Below are positions 26,318 through 36,183 of a stretch of DNA of 64,000 bases, piece after piece. The DNA comes from a virus. Below the pieces are notes generated by a model. The model had not been told where the DNA came from and made no database searches. It saw only the letters and a program-made list of their open reading frames with translations. Both the position numbers and the translations under genes were made by a program. Numbering within the stretch: position 1 is the first letter of the stretch; every line of letters starts with the position of its first letter. The stretch covers positions 1 to 64,000 of IMG/VR virus record IMGVR_UViG_3300042402_001861, one strand, 5' to 3'.

Positions 26318-27039
26318 CAGGATGTAAAAAAATCTTTGATCCCTCGCAATGTGTACTTGTTGTCCTTGCTGCACTTGTGACACACGAAGGAAACTTCCTT
26401 CTTGATTGTCGGCATGGTGTTGAAGAAGTCCATGATTTTCATGAACATCGGCTGTGACAGATTTTCGATGAACTCCTTGACTTCTTCCTTCGTGAAGTCC
26501 TTGGTCTTGTATGTGTTACCACGATCCTGTATCACTTCGATGCAGGCAGCAATCAAGTCCATTGCCGCTTCCGTATTCTTCTTGGTATCTGCGGTTTCGT
26601 CCATATCGGCAGTCTGCATGTCTTCGATTGTCGGATACCGCATGAGGACGCTCAACGAATCCGTGATCTTGATCGTCGTTGAGTGGTTCTCGGGCTTGAT
26701 GACCTGTATTGAAGGAAGTTCGATTTCGATGCTGTTGGTTGCCTCGCATGAAGAACACTTGATTCCGACCGATGCCGTTTCGCCAACAGAGCGAATGCGA
26801 AGTTGCAGTAGAACATACTCAAGGTCAAACGGAGGAGCCGTATCGACATTTACTTGTCCAAAGGTGCAGTCTTTGATTACTTGCTTGGTAGTGGACTGAA
26901 TCTGCACCGGATCCTTGGTTTCCATTGCCAAGAGAAGAACCTTCTCCTCCTTGACGAGGAATGGTCGGTACTTAACCTTCTTGCCGGTCGAAGGAAGTTT
27001 CAGTTCATATTCTGGTGTCGCAACAATAGGTATAGCCAT
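26317..27039 (-). CDS. gp26: Baseplate hub subunit
   Basis: P.YELKLPSTGKKVKYRPFLVKEEKVLL, FDLEY..LQLR.RSVGE, C..C; late core at 27068-27073 on the minus strand. Confidence 0.9.
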   Translation of the reverse strand: MAIPIVATPEYELKLPSTGKKVKYRPFLVKEEKVLLLAMETKDPVQIQSTTKQVIKDCTFGQVNVDTAPPFDLEYVLLQLRIRSVGETASVGIKCSSCEATNSIEIELPSIQVIKPENHSTTIKITDSLSVLMRYPTIEDMQTADMDETADTKKNTEAAMDLIAACIEVIQDRGNTYKTKDFTKEEVKEFIENLSQPMFMKIMDFFNTMPTIKKEVSFVCHKCSKDNKYTLRGIKDFFTS

Positions 27040-27089
27040 TTTGATCTCCGTTAGTCAGGAATACTAATATTTAGACGGTCATCTGAAGG

Positions 27090-28100
27090 TTAGCCACGCT
27101 GGAAGAACCCGCCATTGTCCATGTCCTTGGTAATGACGGCTCCGTTGGAAGCGACATTCTTGTCCCGCTCTTTGTCTTTTGCGAACAATCTTCTGTTGAA
27201 TTCTCTGAATTCTTCGTCTTTTCTTCGCTGCTCTTCTTCCAATGCCTCTTGATCGGCATAAGGATTGACAAACAAGGGGTCTTCTTCGGACTCTATCTGT
27301 CCAAGGGATACCGATCCATTGAATGCTGCATTTTGCCCTTGCGAACGGCTCAATAGATCATCAAGACCATTGGTCAGATCAGACTGGTTGAGTCTTTCCA
27401 ACTGACGCTGAACTTCTTGGTCGTATGTCCTCAAGTTTACGAATTCTCTTGTTCCGAATGTCACATTCATCAGCAATGGCTGATTCTTTGGTGCCCATTC
27501 GACAGGACCGCCGTTTATTGACATTGCCCTCGGATACGCCTCAAGAAATCTGATCCCGGATATCGTCTTGTTGCTGTATGCACTTATGAGGTCTTCCATC
27601 TTTCCTATACTGTTTGGCACAAATAGCAGGGTTATCTTGGAGTCCTTGGCATAATCGTCATAGTACGAAGCATAGCGAGTGACGGGGTTGAGTATTCCAT
27701 CCATCCATCCTTGAAACAGGTTGAGTTCAAACATGTCTTGGCTGCAATAGAACTGCAAAGACAATTCATCGTAGGTCGTGGTGTATGGAATGAATCGCTT
27801 TGGACCGGCGATGTTTCTTTCATGTGTGGAGAAGTATCTTGTTGGGATATTTGCCGTAAAGCATTGCAGGGAAAGACGAGTATCTAACTTCCTGCGGACA
27901 AACTGAATCTTCTCATCCAACCACGGGTTCTCGAACATCACGATGAACCGATTGGAAATCTGATAACCAAGCCGTGAAGCCTGCCCAACAAATTCCGTGT
28001 AAGCAGAGTTTGGCTGTATGTTCGTTGCTCCAAGATTTGGCTGCAAGAACGAAGACAGGTAACTTGGGGCCAGGGTCAATGCGTTTTGGAATACGGACAT
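27090..28100 (-). CDS. gp54: Baseplate tail-tube initiator
   Basis: gp19-like fold motifs (NRFIV, C..ANIP, PY..TYDELSLQF, F.GWMD); position next to gp2 and gp4. Confidence 0.7.
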   Translation of the reverse strand: MSVFQNALTLAPSYLSSFLQPNLGATNIQPNSAYTEFVGQASRLGYQISNRFIVMFENPWLDEKIQFVRRKLDTRLSLQCFTANIPTRYFSTHERNIAGPKRFIPYTTTYDELSLQFYCSQDMFELNLFQGWMDGILNPVTRYASYYDDYAKDSKITLLFVPNSIGKMEDLISAYSNKTISGIRFLEAYPRAMSINGGPVEWAPKNQPLLMNVTFGTREFVNLRTYDQEVQRQLERLNQSDLTNGLDDLLSRSQGQNAAFNGSVSLGQIESEEDPLFVNPYADQEALEEEQRRKDEEFREFNRRLFAKDKERDKNVASNGAVITKDMDNGGFFQRG

Positions 28101-28717
28101 TAGAGCATTCTCCTTGATTGTTTCCAGACTTCTTCCCTGACGATGTTTGCGAACCGATCTATGGGCAGGAACAGCATGAACTTCCAGTAGATAGGCGGAA
28201 CTTCGGTGACTTTGGTGACGATGTTCGAATAGTAGTATCGCTTGATGCTTGGCTTGTAGAAGCCCAATGCCTTGCCCTTCTTGGATGCTCCAATGGTCTT
28301 TGCAGACTTCATGGCTCCATAGGTCACAGCAATTCTTGCGTCTGGATTCTGGTCAAACTCAGGATCGTTGATGAATCTAGCGAGGTTGTTGAAGAAATTG
28401 GCACGATCAATTGGGTGCAGATAGTGGAAATTCAAACCAAGGAACCCATCGGTTTCCCGTTGCAGAACCAAGGTCAAAGGAAATCGGTCATAGAAAGGAA
28501 GGGTGGCTTCCCCTCTTGGTCGATATCCATAGAAGTAAATCTTTCCCGGCATCAGGCGGGATATGAACTTGCCAGAGTCTTCGATGATTGCCGTTGGCTT
28601 CATGTAACCCACCGAGGCCAAGTTGTCGCGAAACCACAGGGTGGCTTCGGCAGAAGTCATGTCTATGTCTTCGGCAAAGAACTTACGAAGAACCTTGATC
28701 GCTTCTTCTTGGCTCAC
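28100..28717 (-). CDS. gp2: DNA end protector protein
   Basis: PGKIYFYGY.P....LPFYDRFPL, FLGLNFHYL, IKRY. Confidence 0.88.
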   Translation of the reverse strand: MSQEEAIKVLRKFFAEDIDMTSAEATLWFRDNLASVGYMKPTAIIEDSGKFISRLMPGKIYFYGYRPRGEATLPFYDRFPLTLVLQRETDGFLGLNFHYLHPIDRANFFNNLARFINDPEFDQNPDARIAVTYGAMKSAKTIGASKKGKALGFYKPSIKRYYYSNIVTKVTEVPPIYWKFMLFLPIDRFANIVREEVWKQSRRML

Positions 28718-29178
28718 TTCTTGCCTCCGAAGATGTCATCCTCCGTCAGAATTTGAAATTTCCACTTGCGGTCTGAGCAGAATTCCTGAGCCGCCTTCCA
28801 CTTTGCATTATTGACCATCCAATCCCGTATTTCCGTCATCTTGCCCTTGGATACCTTAGCACCCACGCCCACAGGCATCTCTGGCTTGATGGTCTTTTTC
28901 TTGGGCTTGATCTCCACAAGAAGGGTATCCAGCGTCCCCTCCTTGCTCTTGACCTTTATCCAGAAGTCAACGAAGTAACGATGTATCTTCTGATCGAACG
29001 GGGAGCGATAGGGAACGATGATCTCCTCGGATGACCATTCAATCACATTGTCGTTCGTGTCGCAGAAGACCATGAAGCGTCTTTCCCACAGAGAACGATA
29101 GACGCATTGGGTCGGATCGCCTTTGTATTTCTGTGGGTTGGTTGGTCGGTAAAACCCTTTGTAACTTCCCTTTGGAAT
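28714..29178 (-). CDS. gp4: Head completion nuclease (TnsA-like); start probably ATT at 29178, alternative TTG at 29193
   Basis: YKG.YRP.NP.KYKGDP, YRSLWERRFM.FCD.N.NV.EWSSEE, VDFW, VEIKP. Confidence 0.9.
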   Translation of the reverse strand: MPKGSYKGFYRPTNPQKYKGDPTQCVYRSLWERRFMVFCDTNDNVIEWSSEEIIVPYRSPFDQKIHRYFVDFWIKVKSKEGTLDTLLVEIKPKKKTIKPEMPVGVGAKVSKGKMTEIRDWMVNNAKWKAAQEFCSDRKWKFQILTEDDIFGGKK

Positions 29179-29198
29179 AGGTAGTCTCCTCAATTTTG

Positions 29199-29221
29199 TA
29201 TTTAGCAGAACTCACTAAATA
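29199..29221. promoter_or_regulatory. Back-to-back late promoter cores (minus 29199-29204, plus 29216-29221)
   Basis: TATTTAG...CTAAATA between the divergent gp4 and gp48 genes. Confidence 0.75.
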
Positions 29222-29245
29222 ACCTTACACAGGAGACTTCAAACT

Positions 29246-30529
29246 TTGGATACCCCCTCATTCATCAAGCGTCTTTATGGGCAGGGAAGAGCGTTCAAGG
29301 GTTCATCGGATGGGCAGGCGGATCGTGACTTGTCGCGGACATCCCCCTTCCCGTACTCTCCCGCAGAGCGTTCCTTCTATCGATATCCATTTGATCTTGG
29401 GGACTCCCCCGAACATCAGAACTTCATGGTCTTCGACATCTTTGAAAATGACGGCGAGGGTCTTAAGTCCACCCGAGCGGAGGGGCCAAACTTTGTCACA
29501 GACCTTGCCAAGAAGTCTGATCTAATCTCCAAGGGATTTGATGCAGCCGCCAAGGTTGTTCCTGAAACCGGGGTTCTGTCGGCGTTGGCTTCGGATGTAG
29601 CCAAGGGACTAGGTGGGGCGCAATCTGGTTTGGCGGGAAACCTGACCAAGGTGGGCAACATCGCACAAGGGGCAAACTTGGTGACATCGGGAGTCGGATT
29701 TGGCGCATTGTCTGCCATCAACAAGGCGGCAGAAAGTGCTTTCCTTGAGGCAGGAAGGGGAGAAGAGGGCTTCATTCAGGAGTCGCTTGGGTTGGGTGGT
29801 CAGTTGAAGCGAGCAACCAAGACCATTTTCCTTTACATGCCGGGAAGCGTGGCAAGCGAGTACGGTACAAAGTACAGCGAAGACACGGAATTCAAGACCC
29901 TCGGCATGGTTGCTACGGGCATCGGTGGTGCCATGAAGAACACCATGAGCATGGCCACCAATGCCAGCCTTGATCCTTCAACGAAGGCAGCCGGTGATGC
30001 CCTTGCCGTGCAACTTGGAATGGGAACCGTCAAGAAGATCGAAGATAGCCTGAAGAACACCGCCGAATCTCTTGGACAAGAAGGCGACTTGAATCTCAAG
30101 AAATTCCTTGAAGCATCGCAGCGAAGGGTACAGAACCCGTATGCCCTCCAATTGTTTGAAAGCGTAGAACGAAGGACATTCTCATATAGTTTTGAGTTCT
30201 TTCCGAAGAATCCCGATGAGGTTGATGAAGTCTATTCGATCATTCGGACATTCAAGAGATATGCCCTCCCCGCAAAGAGCCTTGGTGGAAGATTCCTTGA
30301 CTACCCTGCCGAATTCCGAGTGACATACATCAACAAGGATCGGGAAAACCTGTACATCAATCGCATTGCAAGATGTGCCTTGACGAAGATTGGCGTGTCC
30401 TACGGAGAAAGTCCGTTTGTTACCTTCCAGCCAGATGAGGGCGGTGCTGCACCTACCAAGACAACGCTGACACTTGACATGACAGAACTTGAAATCCTCA
30501 CGCAAGATCGCATCGATCAAGGATTCTGA
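29246..30529 (+). CDS. gp48: Baseplate tail-tube cap
   Basis: NP....LF....RRTFSY.F.F.PKNP.E...V..II..FK..ALP, P.EF; AGGAG SD and TTG start. Confidence 0.85.
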   Translation: MDTPSFIKRLYGQGRAFKGSSDGQADRDLSRTSPFPYSPAERSFYRYPFDLGDSPEHQNFMVFDIFENDGEGLKSTRAEGPNFVTDLAKKSDLISKGFDAAAKVVPETGVLSALASDVAKGLGGAQSGLAGNLTKVGNIAQGANLVTSGVGFGALSAINKAAESAFLEAGRGEEGFIQESLGLGGQLKRATKTIFLYMPGSVASEYGTKYSEDTEFKTLGMVATGIGGAMKNTMSMATNASLDPSTKAAGDALAVQLGMGTVKKIEDSLKNTAESLGQEGDLNLKKFLEASQRRVQNPYALQLFESVERRTFSYSFEFFPKNPDEVDEVYSIIRTFKRYALPAKSLGGRFLDYPAEFRVTYINKDRENLYINRIARCALTKIGVSYGESPFVTFQPDEGGAAPTKTTLTLDMTELEILTQDRIDQGF

Positions 30530-30531
30530 AC

Positions 30532-31383
30532 ATGGCGTATTTCTCTTACTTTCCGTCATTGTCGTATGCCTTGGACAAGGATGACCTGTCCAAGTTGATC
30601 GTGGCCAAGGACATAACCGTCCGTGCAAAGATCAGCGAATACTTCAAGAATGCGGCAATCACCTCTTTGCCATACGAAATACAAGACGGAGAGCGGCCCG
30701 AAACTCTTTCGCACCGAGTTTATGATCGAAGTGACTTGCATTGGCTCATTCTGCTGTTCAACGAAATACAGGATCCAACCTTTGAATGGCCATTGTCTTC
30801 GGCTGAACTAGAAAGTCACATCGCACAGAGATACACAGGTTATTCAATCTACTATCCCGATACGGCAAGAATCACCGACGAATTCCAAGAGCAAAATACA
30901 ACCATCCTCGCGGGGGCAAAGACAATTCATCAAATCCTATCAGGAGGTTCCACCATCAGCGCAAGCATAGTCAAGTGGAATCCAACATACAACGAAATCG
31001 TCATTACAGGGGATGATGCAGCAAAGTTTGATTCTTCGTATGAATATCCCGAATCCCTTGATGGGTATGCACGATTTCATGTCGATGGCGATGAAACCAA
31101 GACAATTGCCTTTGCCAGAACGGTTCCATATGAATATGCGGTCAACCATTTTGAAGACACGGACGGAAATGTGCTTGATCCTAGATCAGGACCACCTTCA
31201 GACCCCACAAGCACATCTTCCATTCTCAATCGCTACATCACCCAAGTAGGGTATTCCGAGCCGCTTGAGGTCACGAATCGTGTTCAGGAATTCAAAAACA
31301 ACGATGATCGTCGGCTAATAAGAGTCATGAAGCCGGAATTCATCAGCCCGACACTTTCGCAGTTCAGAACCATCTTCAAGTGA
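30532..31383 (+). CDS. gp53: Baseplate wedge subunit with LysM-like motif
   Basis: MAYFSYFP, YEIQDGERPE.LS..VY....LHWLILL.N.I.DP.FEWP. Confidence 0.88.
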   Translation: MAYFSYFPSLSYALDKDDLSKLIVAKDITVRAKISEYFKNAAITSLPYEIQDGERPETLSHRVYDRSDLHWLILLFNEIQDPTFEWPLSSAELESHIAQRYTGYSIYYPDTARITDEFQEQNTTILAGAKTIHQILSGGSTISASIVKWNPTYNEIVITGDDAAKFDSSYEYPESLDGYARFHVDGDETKTIAFARTVPYEYAVNHFEDTDGNVLDPRSGPPSDPTSTSSILNRYITQVGYSEPLEVTNRVQEFKNNDDRRLIRVMKPEFISPTLSQFRTIFK

Positions 31384-31388
31384 CATAA

Positions 31389-32702
31389 ATGCAAGTTCCC
31401 AATGACAAGATTCTGAATCCCGGCGACATTCTGATTGACTCGCTGACCATACAGTCGGCAGCGGGTGCGACCTTGGATGTCAAGGGACAATTTGTGTCCA
31501 TCAACATCTATGAGGACATGTTTGCCAACGGGGTTTCGGGATTCCTTGTCCTCATCGATTCCCTGAACTTGCTCCGTTATTTGCAGATCACGGGAAGGGA
31601 AACTCTCAAGGTCACATTCATAACGCCGGGTGACCAACCAGGAATGGATGAATACATCGACCGCGAATTCAGCATCTACAAGGTGACCACGGACCTGAAG
31701 ATGGCAGGCGGCGGAAAGAAACTCGTCCGTCTTGAATTCGTGTCCAAGCCCCTGTACGAAAATACAAAACAAAGACTGTCTCGTTCCTTCAACAATATGT
31801 CCTATAGCGACATGGTTACCACGATCATGTCTGATACATTTGGCGTTGAAGTGAATGCCTGTCCGACATTGGGAAAGAGGAATATCATCATTCCCAACTG
31901 GAATCCAATGTATGCCATAAGTTGGCTTGCAAAGCGTTCCGCCGCCGAGTATTCGCCCGAGATGTGCGATTATGTGTTCTTTGAGAATCTTGAGGGAACA
32001 TATCAGTTTCTTCCATTGTCGCTGCTGAAGTCAAGAACTCCAAGCGTCAAGTACCACCACACACCCACGGCAAGGAATCCCGAAACAGGCGGGATTTACA
32101 TGAAGAAGGAATTCTTCAACATTCTTTCCTACTCCGTGAACTCCCGTGGCGACAAGATGCGAGAGATTGCTTCAGGCGTGTATAGCAACAACGCCGTGTC
32201 GCTTGACATCATTGGCAAGCGAGCCAACATGGAGATTTATGCCTACTTCTCGCAGCGAAAGAGAATACCGACCATTTCAGAACACCCCTTGGTTCCCACT
32301 CTCTCGGATGATCTTAGCCTGAACATCGGTGCGTATCAAAAGTTCTTCCCCAAGCATTCTTTCAGGTACGACGGCGTGGAAGACAATGATGAACTTGAGG
32401 TTGTTTCTACCAGAAGGCAGTCACAGATGAATGCCTTTAGGACACATAGCCTGACGATTGATGTCAATGGAGATTCCAGAAGAAGAGCGGGAGAAGTTGT
32501 ATCAATTGACATCCCGAGCGTGGAGAATCCAAAGAACAAGGACGATTGGTTTGATCCATTCCTCTCTGGTAAATACATGATAACGAGCATCCTACATGAG
32601 ATAGGCGATGGAAGTTACAACATGAAGATGGAAGTAATGAAGGATGGCTATGACGAGAAACTTGCGGATCAGCAATCCTTTGGTGTAGACGGGACGATTT
32701 GA
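31389..32702 (+). CDS. Baseplate hub / tail protein (gp27-like)
   Basis: SINIYEDMF..GVSG, YVFFENL, I.VNGD..RRAG.VV, SGKYMITSI.H; lies just before gp5. Confidence 0.75.
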   Translation: MQVPNDKILNPGDILIDSLTIQSAAGATLDVKGQFVSINIYEDMFANGVSGFLVLIDSLNLLRYLQITGRETLKVTFITPGDQPGMDEYIDREFSIYKVTTDLKMAGGGKKLVRLEFVSKPLYENTKQRLSRSFNNMSYSDMVTTIMSDTFGVEVNACPTLGKRNIIIPNWNPMYAISWLAKRSAAEYSPEMCDYVFFENLEGTYQFLPLSLLKSRTPSVKYHHTPTARNPETGGIYMKKEFFNILSYSVNSRGDKMREIASGVYSNNAVSLDIIGKRANMEIYAYFSQRKRIPTISEHPLVPTLSDDLSLNIGAYQKFFPKHSFRYDGVEDNDELEVVSTRRQSQMNAFRTHSLTIDVNGDSRRRAGEVVSIDIPSVENPKNKDDWFDPFLSGKYMITSILHEIGDGSYNMKMEVMKDGYDEKLADQQSFGVDGTI

Positions 32703-32704
32703 AC

Positions 32705-34495
32705 ATGATCAACGAAATGCGAGACAATCCCAATGACTACATGGGAAAGATGGACTTCGTGTGGTGGCACGGAGTCGTGGAAGATGTAAACGATCCGCTA
32801 AAACTCGGGCGGGTGCGTGTGCGGGCGTATGGGTTTCATACAAACGACAAGTTGCTGATTCCGACAGAATCCCTTCCATGGGCAGCGGTGATGCAGCCAA
32901 TTACAAGCGCAGCCATGAGCGGAAAAGGACAGTCTCCCACAGGATTGCTTCCCGGTTCATGGGTTGTAGGCTTCTTCCGCGATGGTCCCCATGCACAGGA
33001 TCCCATCATCATGGGAAGCATAGCCGGGTGGCCGTTTCCCGATGTCAATACGGGAAAGTACAAGGATCAAGAGATCGGTTTCAACGATCCAAGCGGCAAG
33101 TACCCGCTTGATGATTATCTTGGGGAGCAGGATACGAATCGTCTTGCAAGAGGCGTAACCGGTGCCGATCTGGACAAGACAATCGTAAAGAGCAAGTTGG
33201 ATTCAAGGATTCCCAAGGTTCCAGCAGGAATCACGGGAGAGTGGTCAGAGCCTGCTACCCCTTACGGTGCAACCTATCCCCACAATCATGTCTACGAAAG
33301 CGAATCCGGTCACCTGTTTGAGGTCGATGACACAGAAGGCAAGGAAAGGCTTCATCGTTATCACAAGAGCGGTTCGTTCGAGGAAATTCATCCTGACGGA
33401 TCAAGGGTAACAAAGATCATCGGAAATGACTACGAAATAACCATCGGATCAAAGTCAGCGATGATCAAGGGAGATGTCCTGTATACCAACGAAGGCAGGG
33501 CAAAGTTCAAGGTTGGCAAAGATTTCTATCTAGAGGTCGATGGTGATGTCAGAACCTTGGTTCATGGCAATGTCATCATGCATACCAAGGGAAGTTTTGT
33601 GCATCGGGTATCGGGCTCATATACGCTTGCAAGCGGCGGAAACATGACCTTTGTTGCCCCGAGAATTGACCTGAATCCAGAAGGACTCAATCCATCTACC
33701 GTAAGCGTTGGTGGCCTCGACAAGATTCAGAAGAGAAGGGTCGAATTCCCTGATCCCGCAAACCCTGCGGCCACAACATCCGTGCCTTCTTTGCCACCCG
33801 CTTCGCTTTCCGGTGTCGTTGCCGGAAACACAAACAAGAACAGCGTATTGCAGCAGCAGTCGGCAGGAACCATTTCACAAGGCGCTATCGCCTCGGATAC
33901 TTCGGCAGTTTCCGACACGGTGGTCACGACTTCTGCTACGGATGTTACGGACACCACGGCAACAGTCACATCCTTGGATGGCAAGGCCGCTCCTGCGGTC
34001 CCATCCGAAGTGGGTGGTGTGCAGTACCTTGGCTCAACTAACATTCAACTTCCGAGAATACCGACAGACATCGGGCAGATTGCCTTGCTTGCAGCGGCAG
34101 CCGGTGCCGCAGCCGCTGCTGCTTTCCAAGATGAATCCGATTCTCAGCAACAGGCAACCAATGAACCCGTTGCTGCGGTTGCATTGCCTCCACTTCCTCC
34201 CCCTTCTCCCGGAGTTCAGGATACACGGGTTGTCATGGGTTCGGCAGGAGGAACAGGAGCAGCGCAGGAAGCAACAGGTCTTCCCGGCCTGCCTACGGTC
34301 AGTCTCTATGCAGTTCCCGGCGAAGCGGCTACGCTACTTCAGGGCTACCCCGGTCAGACTGGAATCGGAAACACCGATCCTTCGTCCGACTTGCCAACAG
34401 TCACTCCGCTGCCGAGCGTACCCGTGCTTGCCTTCCCTGCGGAGTTCGCACAGCCAGTCATCCTTCCCGATGTGCTTGACGGAGGCGCATTCTGA
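32705..34495 (+). CDS. gp5: Baseplate central spike with no lysozyme domain and a long low-complexity C-terminal extension
   Basis: WWHGVVEDVNDPLKLGRVRVR OB-fold; YPHNHV.ESESGH..E.DDT.G.ERL; beta-helix ending PRIDLN. Confidence 0.9.
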   Translation: MINEMRDNPNDYMGKMDFVWWHGVVEDVNDPLKLGRVRVRAYGFHTNDKLLIPTESLPWAAVMQPITSAAMSGKGQSPTGLLPGSWVVGFFRDGPHAQDPIIMGSIAGWPFPDVNTGKYKDQEIGFNDPSGKYPLDDYLGEQDTNRLARGVTGADLDKTIVKSKLDSRIPKVPAGITGEWSEPATPYGATYPHNHVYESESGHLFEVDDTEGKERLHRYHKSGSFEEIHPDGSRVTKIIGNDYEITIGSKSAMIKGDVLYTNEGRAKFKVGKDFYLEVDGDVRTLVHGNVIMHTKGSFVHRVSGSYTLASGGNMTFVAPRIDLNPEGLNPSTVSVGGLDKIQKRRVEFPDPANPAATTSVPSLPPASLSGVVAGNTNKNSVLQQQSAGTISQGAIASDTSAVSDTVVTTSATDVTDTTATVTSLDGKAAPAVPSEVGGVQYLGSTNIQLPRIPTDIGQIALLAAAAGAAAAAAFQDESDSQQQATNEPVAAVALPPLPPPSPGVQDTRVVMGSAGGTGAAQEATGLPGLPTVSLYAVPGEAATLLQGYPGQTGIGNTDPSSDLPTVTPLPSVPVLAFPAEFAQPVILPDVLDGGAF

Positions 34496-35235
34496 TGACA
34501 GGGGAGTATCTGTGGCAGGGGAAGTACAAGGTAATATCGGAAGTCGATCCAAGCACCTACTACCCAAACGGGATAGTGGAGTCCTCTGAAGATGAGTCCG
34601 AAGATATTCCTTGCATTCGCATTTCATTTCCAATAGCAAACAACAACGCATTCTTCAATACAGGAAATGACCTGAATTTCGTACAGATACCGATCTATTT
34701 CGAGCAACAGGACATTACCGACGATGTATTTTGGAAATTTTCGGTTATACAAAATCCTTTGTTTGTGGGAGGGGGTGGATTTGGCTTGGGTGGATGCACG
34801 GGTGTTTCGATATCAGATCCTGGTTTCTTGATAGTGACTGGCGATTTCTCCCCCGACATGGTTCTGAATGTTGACACAGGAAAGTTGACGGGTAGGACGG
34901 GAGAACTTGATTTCTACGCCTCCTCCCTGAACATTCCCCCCGACTACGAGATAGATGAACAGAACTATGGGACAGTCGGCTCGGCATCCTACTTCAGGAA
35001 TGGAGTGGGGTTTGGAATCCCCGTTTCCGTCACCGTCCGTGCTTTCGACAAGACCGATCCATCGATCCACATAGACACAACCTTTACCTACACTCTGAGG
35101 AACAACTGGTCCTCCGATAGAGATAGTTTGATCCTAAATATCAAGAATCAATTCTATGTGGATGGCAAACCCGCCACCAATCTTGAATATTTGGAGGCGC
35201 AGAAGGCCAAGGGATTCTTCCCCGGGCCACCTTAA
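34495..35235 (+). CDS. Hypothetical protein with a possible Ig-like segment
   Basis: TGATG coupling to gp5; PDMVLNVDTGKLTG resembles putative-Ig repeats. Confidence 0.6.
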   Translation: MTGEYLWQGKYKVISEVDPSTYYPNGIVESSEDESEDIPCIRISFPIANNNAFFNTGNDLNFVQIPIYFEQQDITDDVFWKFSVIQNPLFVGGGGFGLGGCTGVSISDPGFLIVTGDFSPDMVLNVDTGKLTGRTGELDFYASSLNIPPDYEIDEQNYGTVGSASYFRNGVGFGIPVSVTVRAFDKTDPSIHIDTTFTYTLRNNWSSDRDSLILNIKNQFYVDGKPATNLEYLEAQKAKGFFPGPP

Positions 35236-35244
35236 GGAACAACA

Positions 35245-35532
35245 ATGCCAGCAGCACACAGACAAGGCGACATCTGCACAGGACACGGATGCTACGGACC
35301 AAGACAGAACATTTCTTGGTCTACGAATGTCTTCGTGAACAACAAGGGCTGGCACCGTCAATTTGACAATTGGGGAACCCATTGCTGTGGTCCGTTTTGC
35401 CACAAGGCACACACCGCAGAGGGCTCTTCGATGGTTTTTGTGAATAGCCGTCAGGCAGCACGGATCGGAGATCCCCTTTCCTGTGGTTCCGCTGTCGCCA
35501 CAGGAAGCAAGAATGTCTTTTGCGGAGGATGA
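35245..35532 (+). CDS. PAAR spike-tip protein (gp5.4-like)
   Basis: MPAAHRQGDICTGH, HCC, H..AEGS..VFVN...AARIGD. Confidence 0.9.
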   Translation: MPAAHRQGDICTGHGCYGPRQNISWSTNVFVNNKGWHRQFDNWGTHCCGPFCHKAHTAEGSSMVFVNSRQAARIGDPLSCGSAVATGSKNVFCGG

Positions 35533-35535
35533 GAG

Positions 35536-36183
35536 ATGTCGTCATCTGATACAGGAAATTTCGACCTTTGGATGAATGTTGGCACCGCGATTTTCGCGAT
35601 GATCGCTGGAATGTTCACCGGGGCCGCATACCTTCGCAAGAAGATGACCTTCTGGAAGAAAGAGGAGGAAAAGGGTGCGGCAATCACCGTTGATGACATA
35701 CGCAAGTATGGTCAGGTGCAGGAACTCATTACCACTCTGCGAAACATGACCGGAGCGGACAGAACGCAGATCCTGCAATTCCACAACGGAGGAAAGTTCC
35801 TTGATGGCTCGTCCATGAAGAGAATGTCTGTTACCCACGAATCCTGCCGTCAGGGAGTTGCCTACGAGTACATGCATATGCAAGCCGTGCTTGCAACCTT
35901 GCTTTGGGAAAAGATTGAACTGGTCAAGAAGGACGATTCTCAGATTCACTTCACCAAGAATCTCACAGATTCGACTCTGAAGACCTACTGCCGAAGCAAG
36001 GGAACAGAGGCTTTCTCCATTCTTCCGATTCGCAAGGACAATATGTTGATAGGCTTCATAAACATCGACTGGCTTGATGCGGAAGAAGTTCCAAACAAAC
36101 CAATAGATTTTGCAAATGTGTTCGAGGAGTATCGCGGATACATCGAACTGCAACTCGCAAAGGACACGGCGGATGGCCACTAA
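35536..36183 (+). CDS. Single-TM plus GAF-like domain protein, holin candidate
   Basis: One hydrophobic N-terminal helix, then ADRTQILQFHNGG...LPI....IGFINIDW. Confidence 0.55.
   Translation: MSSSDTGNFDLWMNVGTAIFAMIAGMFTGAAYLRKKMTFWKKEEEKGAAITVDDIRKYGQVQELITTLRNMTGADRTQILQFHNGGKFLDGSSMKRMSVTHESCRQGVAYEYMHMQAVLATLLWEKIELVKKDDSQIHFTKNLTDSTLKTYCRSKGTEAFSILPIRKDNMLIGFINIDWLDAEEVPNKPIDFANVFEEYRGYIELQLAKDTADGH

Noticed and set aside
32705-33676. Tail lysozyme domain in gp5
   Set aside because: The OB-fold passes almost directly into the beta-helix region; no T4-lysozyme motif.
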